Shown here: positions 16,725-25,476 of the stretch, piece by piece
How positions within the stretch are numbered: position 1 is the first letter of the stretch
Layout of the letters: every line of letters begins with the position of its first letter
NCBI GenBank assembly: GCA_041748915.1
Contig: JBGTCG010000275.1
Coordinates: 1,551-65,550 of the forward strand
DNA from: Methylococcales bacterium
Lineage (GTDB): Bacteria > Pseudomonadota > Gammaproteobacteria > Methylococcales > UBA1147
Length of the DNA stretch: 64,000 nucleotides
Reading direction: 5' to 3'
Notes under the pieces: model-generated
Told to the model about the DNA's origin: nothing
What the model saw: only the letters and a program-made list of their open reading frames with translations
Database searches by the model: none
Program-made: the position numbers and the translations under genes

Positions 16725-17400
16725 ATGGCTAATAAGATCGCCTATTTTGTCGACATCGTGCTCGTTATCGATTCTACCGGCAGCATGCGGCCGGTTATTA
16801 ACCGCGTTAAATTACAAGCCCTCGAGTTTCACGGCAAGATTCTCGCGCGCATGGAAGAAAAGAAAAAAACGATTGACCGCCTGCGGATGCGAGTGGTTGC
16901 TTTTCGGGATTTCTGGGCGGACAGCGAACCGATCCGGGAAATGCCGGAATTTATCGATATGGAGAGCGCGCCGGAAAAGTTCGATGCCTTCGTCAATGAA
17001 TTGTGGGCGGACGGAGGCGGCGATGAACCCGAAAGGGGGCTTGAGGCGCTGGCGCTCGCGATCCAGTCGCCGTGGTATAAGAATGCCCGCTCCATCCAAG
17101 AAACGCAATATCATCGTCGTCTGGACCGATGCGAGTGCGCATCCTTTGGAGAAAGCGCAGGAGTCGCCGCCAAAAAATTACCCGGATCCCATGCCGGCCA
17201 GTCTCGATGAATTAACCGATGCCTGGGAGGAAATGCCGGTTGCAAGCCGGCGATTGTTGTTGTATGCGCCGGACCAGACGCCGTGGAACGAGATCGGTTA
17301 CAACTGGGAGCAGACGATTTATTATCCCTCAATCGCCGGGGAAGGCCTCGCGGAACACGATATGGATACGATTCTCGAAGCCATCGCCAACAGCATTTGA
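16725..17400 (+). pseudogene. vWA (von Willebrand factor A, TerY-like) protein, reading frame broken by a +1 shift at 17085-17097 (real or an assembly indel)
   Basis: ATG 16725 follows GGGGGA. MIDAS motif DIVLVIDSTGSM, then ...ADGGGDEPERGLEALALAIQSPWYKN in frame 1. Frame +1 continues KKRNIIVVWTDASAHPLEK...ILEAIANSI to 17400. The two ORFs are 16626-17210 and 16747-17400. Confidence 0.75.
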
Positions 17401-17533
17401 CCGGGTTCGCCTCCGCCGCCCGCGATGGACGCCGAGGGAATGATGTTGGGCCGAAATTTTCCGGGCCGACGAGCTCGCTTCGAGTCCGATTCGAAGTTCT
17501 TGTCGGGATTAACCTATAAACCTGTCTGCCGCG

Positions 17534-18796
17534 ATGTCGGGTCCTGAGATCTGTAGCCGGCACCCGCTCAACGATTCCGCGTGCTTAGCCGATCCGGCCC
17601 TGGTTTTCCGTTCCGCGGCCGCGCGAGATCACAACGGCAAGATGGATCTGAACCGCTGCGAGGACGCGGTACCGGTTCTGAAGCATTTGTCCGCAGAACG
17701 GATATTGCTGGGCGTCGCCGACGGCTTGGGAGGCTATGCGCAGGGATTTGACAATTTCAGCGGCGGCCAGATTGCATCCGCGACCGCGATGAAGGCCGCA
17801 GTAAACTATTTCAGCCATTCTTTTTCGGAACTCAAACCCGATGCCGAAGCGCTGACCAATACCATATTCAAAAAACTCAGACACCTCGCGGAAACCCGAC
17901 TGGCGCCGAGCCGGTTGCAGGGCGCACTCGGCCGCCACAAACTCGCAACGACCTTGGCGCTCGTCGTTTTGGAAGCACAACCGGAACGTTTTAGACGAAA
18001 AATCCAATGCTTCTGGATTGGTGATTCAAGAATCTATTTTTTTGATCGGGACGGCTTACATCAATTGAGCCGTGACGATAGTCTGACCCGAGCCGACGCA
18101 TTCAATTCGGTTTTCGATCCGTCACCGATGTCCCAGTTTCTTGCGGCGAGCATGGAGCGGGATTGGCGGATTCATTTCCGTGAATTTTTTCTCGACAGTC
18201 CCGGTGTGGTGATCGCGTGTACTGACGGATGTTATTCGGAGTGGCGAAAGCCCTGGCATTATGAAGCCGCTTTGCAGCAGGCGCTGGAGCACAGCGAATC
18301 GTGGCCCGGCTGGATCGACAGGATTCGGATGCGGCTCGAGCCGATGCTGTCGGATGACGCTTCAATGGCCGCCTTTCCGATCAATCTCTCAGGTTTCAAC
18401 GAATTCAAGAAGCTCCGGACCGAATCCAACGGCATTCTGGAACGGTGTATGGCAGCGGAACGGGAAGGTGTGCTAACGGCAACAGAAATCTGGTCTTCGA
18501 TGTACAAACCGGTGTATGAAAGGACACCGGCCGTGGACCCTTGCCCGGATTCAAAGACGAGACCCGATGAGTGTATGAACGATCCGGCATCGAATCCAGA
18601 ATCCGCCGCTCCGATAACCGCCGCAGTGAAAAATTTTGCTGAACCGGCGCGGCGCCGGCCGCGGCTTCTTGCCCGCCTTCATTCGGCCTGGTCGCGGTGG
18701 GGGTTAGCCTGGTTTGCCGGTTTCGTTTGCGGACTTCCGTTGGGCGAGACCGTGATCGCGTGGCTGGATTTAATTTGGCATTGGTTTAAATCCTGA
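17534..18796 (+). CDS. PP2C-family Ser/Thr protein phosphatase with a hydrophobic C-terminal tail
   Basis: PP2C motifs ILLGVADGLGGYAQG, WIGDSRIYFFD and VVIACTDGCY. C-terminal tail WGLAWFAGFVCGLPLGETVIAWLDLIWHWF. The start is uncertain (17534 or 17642). Confidence 0.8.
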   Translation: MSGPEICSRHPLNDSACLADPALVFRSAAARDHNGKMDLNRCEDAVPVLKHLSAERILLGVADGLGGYAQGFDNFSGGQIASATAMKAAVNYFSHSFSELKPDAEALTNTIFKKLRHLAETRLAPSRLQGALGRHKLATTLALVVLEAQPERFRRKIQCFWIGDSRIYFFDRDGLHQLSRDDSLTRADAFNSVFDPSPMSQFLAASMERDWRIHFREFFLDSPGVVIACTDGCYSEWRKPWHYEAALQQALEHSESWPGWIDRIRMRLEPMLSDDASMAAFPINLSGFNEFKKLRTESNGILERCMAAEREGVLTATEIWSSMYKPVYERTPAVDPCPDSKTRPDECMNDPASNPESAAPITAAVKNFAEPARRRPRLLARLHSAWSRWGLAWFAGFVCGLPLGETVIAWLDLIWHWFKS

Positions 18797-19920
18797 TGGC
18801 TGTCCGCCTGACTTCGGGCAGTCGCTTGCGCGGCTACACACTGACCACGGACATGACTTCGTCCGATGCCGGGACATCGATGTGGGCTTTTGCCGAACAG
18901 GATGGATTCGAATGTTTTTTAAAGTGTTATCTGACGCCGGTTTTCCCGGATCGGGACAGCCCGGGGTCGGAACGCTCGAAAGCCCGCAAACGCGAGCGCT
19001 GCGAGGCCTTCGAAGCGCGCATGAACCGGGTCGAAACGGTCCTTGGAGAATGCGGACCGGAGGCTTTCCTCGTGCGCAGAATCGACTTTTTCCGCCACGA
19101 CGGGAGTTATTACAAGATCACCAAAAAGATATATGCGGCTCGGTCCGGCGTATCCACATTGCCGGCGCGGAAACAATTACTGATTTTGCTGTCGGCGGCC
19201 TACTCGGTCAGAGCCCTGCATGAACGTTCCAGTTTTATCCATGCCGACATTAAACCCGAGAATTTCATGATTCAACGGACGGGCGCAGGAATGATCGCCA
19301 ATTTGATCGATTTCGATGCGGGATTTTTTACCGGCCAACCGCCTCCCGTGGAGGACCAGATCGGCGACCAGCGCTATTGGGCGCCGGAACGGATCGCCTG
19401 GATGACCCACGGGGGCAGGCTGCAACACGGCCGAAAGGCCGCCGAGCTGCGGCAATCGCTCGATGTGTTTTCGCTCGGACTGACCTTCTGCGAATATCTG
19501 GCCGGCACATTCCCGCAGGATCCTCCGGCTTATGCCTATGCCGGCGAAGCGGTGCTGAACGATATCCCGTTGACGCTACCCGAGCCCTTGCAGGCCGGCC
19601 TGAAACCGATCATGACGTTGATCCAGACGATGTTACACAGGAATGCGGCTCGCCGCCCGAGCGCCGCCACGGTGCACGAGCAATTGCGGGCCTTCAACCG
19701 GCGGCATTTTGTTTCCGAAAGCACTTATCTCAAGCTCGCGGCTTCATGGAAACGAAGTCTGGTCGCAGGCGGCCAATCCCTGCGTGAGCGGTGGGCGTCG
19801 CGCACCACCAAAGCGGTTTATCGATCCGCGTCGGAATTGCAGATCCGCGGCTTAAAGACCGGTGAACCGGCCAAGGTTTCGCCGTTCGTCAAACGTTCGT
19901 GGTTCGGGACCAAGGCATGA
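18796..19920 (+). CDS. Hanks-type Ser/Thr protein kinase (atypical N-lobe)
   Basis: Catalytic loop HADIKPENFMI, DFD(AG) in place of DFG, YWAPE, DVFSLG, and a late RRPS. There is no canonical GxGxxG loop. The start overlaps the PP2C stop (TGATG). Confidence 0.8.
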   Translation: MAVRLTSGSRLRGYTLTTDMTSSDAGTSMWAFAEQDGFECFLKCYLTPVFPDRDSPGSERSKARKRERCEAFEARMNRVETVLGECGPEAFLVRRIDFFRHDGSYYKITKKIYAARSGVSTLPARKQLLILLSAAYSVRALHERSSFIHADIKPENFMIQRTGAGMIANLIDFDAGFFTGQPPPVEDQIGDQRYWAPERIAWMTHGGRLQHGRKAAELRQSLDVFSLGLTFCEYLAGTFPQDPPAYAYAGEAVLNDIPLTLPEPLQAGLKPIMTLIQTMLHRNAARRPSAATVHEQLRAFNRRHFVSESTYLKLAASWKRSLVAGGQSLRERWASRTTKAVYRSASELQIRGLKTGEPAKVSPFVKRSWFGTKA

Positions 19921-20273
19921 AATTCTATCTTTGCTGCTGCGCCGTTTGCACCTGGAAAGGCAATAAACCGCACCGGGACGGGCAATGTCCGGTGTGCGGA
20001 AACGCTCTCGACATACAGATCCGTGAACGCCGTCTTGCGTCCAGCCCCGCGACTAAACTAGTCCTGTCGGGCCTGTCAACGGACCCGAAAATCATGCCGT
20101 CATGGTTCGGTTTGTCGATCTTGAAGGACTACAAAATTTCTGGAAAGGCATTGAGTATCCTGCTTAGGGCCGGGCGACCGATCGGCGACAGCCTCATCGA
20201 ATCGGTTTTGAAAATACGCTTTTCGAATTATGCTCTGCACCGGCTGGCCATCCGTTTCCGGGATCGCCGCTGA
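19917..20273 (+). CDS. Small Cys4 zinc-ribbon protein (118 aa), translationally coupled to the kinase gene
   Basis: Its ATG overlaps the kinase stop (ATGA at 19917-19920). The N-terminus MKFYLCCCAVCTWKGNKPHRDGQCPVCGNAL carries CxxC...CxxC. The rest is unrecognised. Confidence 0.5.
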   Translation: MKFYLCCCAVCTWKGNKPHRDGQCPVCGNALDIQIRERRLASSPATKLVLSGLSTDPKIMPSWFGLSILKDYKISGKALSILLRAGRPIGDSLIESVLKIRFSNYALHRLAIRFRDRR

Positions 20274-20407
20274 TCCGCGATCCCGAACAATCGGAAGGCT
20301 TACCGCCCGGTCAACAGGGCTAACTGTAGCCAGCCGTTTTTTGCATTTCCCGCCGCTTGCGGTTACATTGCGGCCGGTAGGTCTACGATCCCGTTCCAAT
20401 CCGAGTT

Positions 20408-21700
20408 ATGACTAAAGCCACTGATTCAGAACAACTGTTCGAAATCGCCAACCGATTTATTCCCGGAGGCGTGAATTCTCCGGTCCGGGCGTTCAAGGGG
20501 GTCGGCGGAACGCCGATCTTCATCGACTTCGCAGAAGGCGCATGGATTGTCGATTCGAGCGGAAAGCGATACATCGATTATGTGGGTTCCTGGGGGCCGA
20601 TGATTTTGGGTCACGCGCATCCGGAAGTACTGAAAACCGTCCACCGCTATGTCGACAAGGGGCTAAGCTTCGGCGCCCCGACCGAGATCGAAACCCGGAT
20701 GGCCGAAAAATTGTGTGAACTGGTTCCGTCGCTGGAACTGGTTCGAATGGTGAACTCCGGCACGGAAGCCACCATGAGCGCGATCCGGCTGGCGCGGGGA
20801 TTCACCGGACGCGATAAAATCGTGAAGTTCGAAGGCTGTTATCACGGTCATTCCGATGCCCTGCTCGTAAAAGCCGGCTCCGGCGCCCTGACCCTTGGCG
20901 TCCCGAGCTCTCCGGGCGTTCCCGCGGCGATGGCCGAACAAACGTTGACTCTGAAATTCAACGATACCGAATCGTTGTACGATGCATTTTCGGATCTAGG
21001 CAGCCAGATTGCCTGCGTGATCGTCGAACCGGTGGCCGGGAATATGAACTGTATTCCGCCGCGGCCCGGTTTTCTGGAAGCTTTGCGGGACCTTTGCTCC
21101 CTTTCGGGCAGCCTTTTGATCTTCGATGAAGTCATGACCGGTTTCCGTGTCGCCAAAGGAGGCGCGCAGGAATATTACGGGGTAACTCCGGATCTGACTA
21201 CACTCGGCAAGATTATCGGAGGCGGCATGCCGGTCGGCGCGTTCGGCGGCAAAACAGAAATCATGCGACAGATCGCCCCCCTCGGCCCGGTTTACCAGGC
21301 CGGCACTCTATCCGGAAATCCGATCGCGATGGCCGCCGGATTGAAGACCCTTGAACTGGTGTCGGTTCCAGGCTTTTACGACACCTTAAATGCCATGACC
21401 CAAACGCTGGCCCGAGGCTTGGTGGAGAGGGCCGGCGCCACGGGCATTCCGCTGGTAGCCAACCAGGTCGGCGGCATGTTCGGAGTTTTCTTCAGCGAGG
21501 TCGATTCAGTTACGAATTTTGACGCCGTCATGAACTGCAACCTGGAGCGTTTCCGGCGATTTTTCCACGGTCTTTTGGACCAAGGGGTCTATTTCGCTCC
21601 TTCGGCCTTTGAAGCCGGTTTTGTTTCCGCCGCGCATACTCGTGAAATTATCGATGCCACACTCGATGCTGCGGAAAAAGTCTTTGAATTGCTCGACTAA
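20408..21700 (+). CDS. hemL: Glutamate-1-semialdehyde 2,1-aminomutase
   Basis: 430 aa. [20 protein letters not shown], and a class-III aminotransferase over its full length. Confidence 0.95.
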   Translation: MTKATDSEQLFEIANRFIPGGVNSPVRAFKGVGGTPIFIDFAEGAWIVDSSGKRYIDYVGSWGPMILGHAHPEVLKTVHRYVDKGLSFGAPTEIETRMAEKLCELVPSLELVRMVNSGTEATMSAIRLARGFTGRDKIVKFEGCYHGHSDALLVKAGSGALTLGVPSSPGVPAAMAEQTLTLKFNDTESLYDAFSDLGSQIACVIVEPVAGNMNCIPPRPGFLEALRDLCSLSGSLLIFDEVMTGFRVAKGGAQEYYGVTPDLTTLGKIIGGGMPVGAFGGKTEIMRQIAPLGPVYQAGTLSGNPIAMAAGLKTLELVSVPGFYDTLNAMTQTLARGLVERAGATGIPLVANQVGGMFGVFFSEVDSVTNFDAVMNCNLERFRRFFHGLLDQGVYFAPSAFEAGFVSAAHTREIIDATLDAAEKVFELLD

Positions 21701-21765
21701 TTCCGTCGAAGGATCAGCACGGTCGCTCCGGCAATCCCCGATTTGATCACGATCGGCGGGTTGCG

Positions 21766-23182
21766 ATGAGCGAAACCATCGAACTGACGCCGTTCTGGTC
21801 AGGTGTTCTGGCTGGAGCGGTCGCGATTTTTGTTGTATCCGCGGTGATCATCTGGCTGTTGGCGGCCCGGCATCGAAGAACCGTCACGGCGATCAATCGC
21901 CAGGCGGAACAGTGGCTCGCCGACAGGCATCAGCTCGCTACCGGTTTCGCGGTCGCGGAACAGAAAATCGCCGATTTGCAAAGGCTCGAACTGAAGATCG
22001 CGGACGAAGAAGTAATTATCGCGGCGCTGCGGGACGAAAACGTCCGGCTGAAATCCAGCTTGGCCGAAGTGACGGCGCGGATCGAAGAGGAACGCATCAA
22101 AGCCACCGAAAAGCTCGAAGTGATCAAAAGTACCGAGCAGCAAATGATTCATCAGTTCGAATCCTTGAGCTCAAAAATCCTCGAAGAAAAAAGCAAAACG
22201 TTTACGGAACAGAATCAACTGAATCTCGACCGGCTACTTTCACCATTGCGCGACCAGCTCGGGGAATTTCGGAGAAAAGTCGATGATGTCTATGTCGCGG
22301 ACAGTAACGACCGTGCCTCGCTGAGGGAGGCGATTCGTATTTTGAACCTCGAAAATCAAAGAATCAGCCTCGAAGCGAACAATGGTCCGCGCCTTGAAGG
22401 GAGATAAAAAAGTGCGGGGCGCATGGGGGGAACTGGTGCTGGATAAAGTTCTGGAACAATCCGGTTTGCGCAAAGGGATCGAATACCACAGCCAGGGAGG
22501 TTTCCGGGATCACGAAAACCGTCTGCTGAAACCCGATGTAGTCGTCCATCTCCCGGAGGGCAAGGATATCATCATCGACTCCAAGGTTTCACTGCTTGCT
22601 TATGAAGCCTATTCTTCCGCCGAAAGCGACGAACTCCGGGTACAGGCCCTGGCCGAACATATCCAGGCGATTCGCCTACACATCAAAACCTTGAGCGAGA
22701 AGGATTATTCCAGCGTTCGGGGACTCCGGTCGCTGGATTTTGTACTGATGTTCATGCCCATCGAAACCGCCTTTCTGCTGGCATTCGAACATGACGTATC
22801 CCTTTTTTCCGAGGCCTTCCAGCGGAACATCATAATCGTGACGCCGACCACCTTGCTTGCAACGCTAAGAACCATCGAAAATATCTGGCGTTACGAAAGG
22901 CAGAACGAAAACGCGCGGATTATCGCGGATAAGGCGGCGAATCTTTATGACAAAATCCGCGGTTTTGTCGAAGAATTCGAAAAACTCGGCGTCCAGATCT
23001 CAACCGTCCAGGGCACCTATGACGGCGCGCTGAACAAGCTTAGCCAGGGTAAAGGAAATCTGTTACGGCAGGCGAGCAGTTTCATTGATCTCGGCGTCAA
23101 AGTGAAAAAAACGCTTTCTAAATCCATTCTGGACCAGACGGCCGGTGATGAGTCAGGAAACTACGAGGGAAATTCAGGATAG
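21766..23182 (+). pseudogene. rmuC: DNA recombination protein RmuC, reading frame broken near 22378-22386
   Basis: ORF 21766-22407 holds the TM segment plus coiled coil and ends ...NQRISLEANNGPRLEGR*. The +1 frame (ORF 22382-23182) continues VRALKGDKKVRGAWGELVLDKVLEQSGLRKGIEY, the conserved RmuC core (E. coli: EAQNLTRALKGDNKTQGNWGE). Confidence 0.8.
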
Positions 23183-23229
23183 TCGAGTAGCCGGAAACGG
23201 GATTTCGGTGCCGACCCGAACGGCCCGGA

Positions 23230-24486
23230 TTATCGTTTCATCGAATCGAAGAATTCGGCGTTGGTTTTCGTTTCCTTCAACTTTCCGAGCAGAAATTCGC
23301 TGGCCGCGATTTCGTCCATCGGATGCAGGATTTTGCGCAGGATCCAGGACTTTTGCAGTTCTTCAGGTTCGACCAGATATTCTTCGCGGCGGGTACCGGA
23401 CCGGTTGATATTAATTGCGGGATAAATCCGCTTCTCGGCGATTTTTCGGTCCAGATGGAGCTCCATATTTCCGGTTCCCTTGAATTCCTCGTAGATGACT
23501 TCATCCATTCTCGATCCGGTGTCGATCAATGCAGTCGCAATAATCGTGAGACTGCCGCCTTCCTCGATGTTTCTGGCCGCACCGAAGAAACGCTTCGGCC
23601 TTTCCAGCGCATTGGCATCGACCCCGCCAGTCAGGACTTTACCCGACGACGGCACCACGGTATTGTAAGCCCTTGCCAAGCGGGTGACGGAATCCAGCAG
23701 GATGACGACATCCCGCCGATGTTCAACCAGCCGTTTGGCTTTCTCGATAACCATTTCCGCGACCTGGACATGGCGTGTGGGCGGCTCATCGAATGTGCTG
23801 GAAACCACCTCACCAGTCACACAGCGCTGCATTTCGGTAACTTCTTCCGGCCGTTCATCGATCAATAATACGATCATTACGCAGTCCGGGTTATTGAGTT
23901 CTATGGAATGCGCGAGATTCTGCAAAATCATCGTCTTGCCTGCTTTCGGCGGTGAAACGATGAGTCCACGCTGGCCCTTACCGATCGGCGCCACCAGATC
24001 GATCACCCGCGCGGTTAAGTCCTCAGTGGTTCCGTTGCCCATTTCCAGCGTGAATCGCTGGTTCGGAAACAACGGCGTCAGATTGGAAAATAAGAGCTTT
24101 TGTTTGGTGTTTTCCGGCGAGTCGTAGTTGATTTTCTCCAGTTTGAGCATTGCGAAGTAACGCTCGTTGTCCTTCGGAGGACGAATCTTGCCTGAAATGG
24201 TGTCCCCGGTCCGCAAATTAAAACGCCTGATCTGGCTCGGCGAAACATAGATATCGTCGGGACCCGCCAGATACGAACAGTCCGGCGATCGCAGAAAGCC
24301 AAATCCGTCCTGAAGAATCTCCAGAACCCCGTCGCCGTAAATATCCTCCCCGCCCTTGGCGTGCTTCTTTAAAATGGCAAATATGAGGTCCTGCTTCTTG
24401 GACCGGCCGATACCTTCAATTCCTAGGGATTCTGCGGCCTGAATTATTTCGGGAACGGGTTGTTGCTTTAACGCGGTAAGATTCAT
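23230..24486 (-). CDS. rho: Transcription termination factor Rho
   Basis: 418 aa with full-length Rho hallmarks (N-terminal MNLTALK..., Walker A PPKAGKT, RNA-binding and ATPase domains). Confidence 0.97.
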   Translation of the reverse strand: MNLTALKQQPVPEIIQAAESLGIEGIGRSKKQDLIFAILKKHAKGGEDIYGDGVLEILQDGFGFLRSPDCSYLAGPDDIYVSPSQIRRFNLRTGDTISGKIRPPKDNERYFAMLKLEKINYDSPENTKQKLLFSNLTPLFPNQRFTLEMGNGTTEDLTARVIDLVAPIGKGQRGLIVSPPKAGKTMILQNLAHSIELNNPDCVMIVLLIDERPEEVTEMQRCVTGEVVSSTFDEPPTRHVQVAEMVIEKAKRLVEHRRDVVILLDSVTRLARAYNTVVPSSGKVLTGGVDANALERPKRFFGAARNIEEGGSLTIIATALIDTGSRMDEVIYEEFKGTGNMELHLDRKIAEKRIYPAININRSGTRREEYLVEPEELQKSWILRKILHPMDEIAASEFLLGKLKETKTNAEFFDSMKR

Positions 24487-24667
24487 AGCTTAAGGTTCGG
24501 TTTCCGGGAACCATGGGCGAACGAAAGCCACACGGTCGAGTTAGTTTGCTCGTTAAAGGGGGATGCGACGCCAATCCGGCGTTTAAAGGGGGATCAAAGG
24601 ATTTAGGCTAAAAGCTAGCACAGTATTGACTGCCCGTCCAGCACTCTATGCAAGACGCGCTTCCGTA
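24487..24667 (-). promoter_or_regulatory. rho 5' leader with a duplicated C-rich element (candidate rut/attenuation region)
   Basis: On the transcribed strand, ATCCCCCTTTAA occurs twice (complement of 24553-24564 and 24583-24594), flanking a small ACGCC/GGCGT hairpin, 67-108 nt upstream of the rho ATG. Confidence 0.4.
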
Positions 24668-24994
24668 TCAGATGTTATTTTCGATAAATTCGGCTAGTTT
24701 GGTCTTCGACACCATGCCCACCTTAGTCGCCTCGACTTCGCCATTTTTGAACAACATCAAGGTCGGAATTCCACGTACGCCGTATCGTTGCGGTGTCTTC
24801 GGATTTTCATCGATATTTAATTTTGCAAAAGTCAGTTTGCCTTGATATTCATCTGCGATTTCATTGAGTATCGGAGCAATCATTTTGCATGGCCCGCACC
24901 ACTCCGCCCAGTAATCGACCAGCACAGGCCGCTCGGAATTCAGTACGTTATCGTCGAAATTATCGTCAGTTACAGAAATGATAGCTTCGCTCAC
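24668..24994 (-). CDS. trxA: Thioredoxin 1
   Basis: WAEWCGPCK active site. 108 aa from GTG 24994, which is preceded by GGAG. The rhlB / trxA-rho arrangement is conserved. Confidence 0.95.
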   Translation of the reverse strand: MSEAIISVTDDNFDDNVLNSERPVLVDYWAEWCGPCKMIAPILNEIADEYQGKLTFAKLNIDENPKTPQRYGVRGIPTLMLFKNGEVEATKVGMVSKTKLAEFIENNI

Positions 24995-25476
24995 TCTTTT
25001 CTCCACAGGGTTGTTTTCGAACTGCCGCCGCCCCATTACATGAATGACATAAAGAGAATATCGAAGGCCGGTCGGGGAAACGGTAACTGAATGCCCATTT
25101 TGATCTTACCAGGACAAAATTTTCAAGCGTTAAAGTTTTATCGTGCCCGATATCATTCATCATGGCGACAATTTAGTCAATAAGCGGGCGCCGAAACAAT
25201 CGCTCCTGCCGCCGCAAAATCGCAGATCATTCGGTATTGGACCGATGAGTCTCGGCATCGTTCGTGTTTGCGGTGAATCAATCAGGAACGGCCACGCACA
25301 CGAATATTCCTGCAACCCAGAATGGAGTATCCTTTAGCGACCTCGTGCATAGAAACTCAAGCAGGGTTTCTGTAAAGCATCTGAAGTACAATCCGGATCC
25401 AGATCCTCGATCCAGTCTGTAGTTGACAAATCAAACCTCTCCACTTGGCGGATCGGTTTTTAATTAGGCGCACATC

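Noticed and set aside
17085-17097. Programmed ribosomal frameshifting as an explanation for the split vWA gene.
   Set aside because: There is no slippery heptamer (X XXY YYZ), no poly-A/T slippery run, no in-frame rare or stop codon context of the prfB type, and no obvious downstream pseudoknot. Three unrelated genes show the same kind of break.
16409-20316. Two 10-mers shared in the same order by the left and right flanks of the vWA/PP2C/kinase cassette (GAACAATCGG at 16409 and 20285; CCGGTCAACA at 16513 and 20307), considered as possible att-like direct repeats.
   Set aside because: The sequence around the 10-mers does not align, and their spacing differs (104 versus 22 nt). Each match alone has about a 5% chance expectation for intervals of this size. 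They are suggestive but insufficient to call insertion boundaries.
23183-23229. A mini version of module B (CCGGAAACGGGATTTCGG) between the convergent rmuC and rho genes.
   Set aside because: It shares only the outer GGAAACG and GGATTTC words and lacks the CTGAATAAATCC core. It is too short to distinguish from chance.
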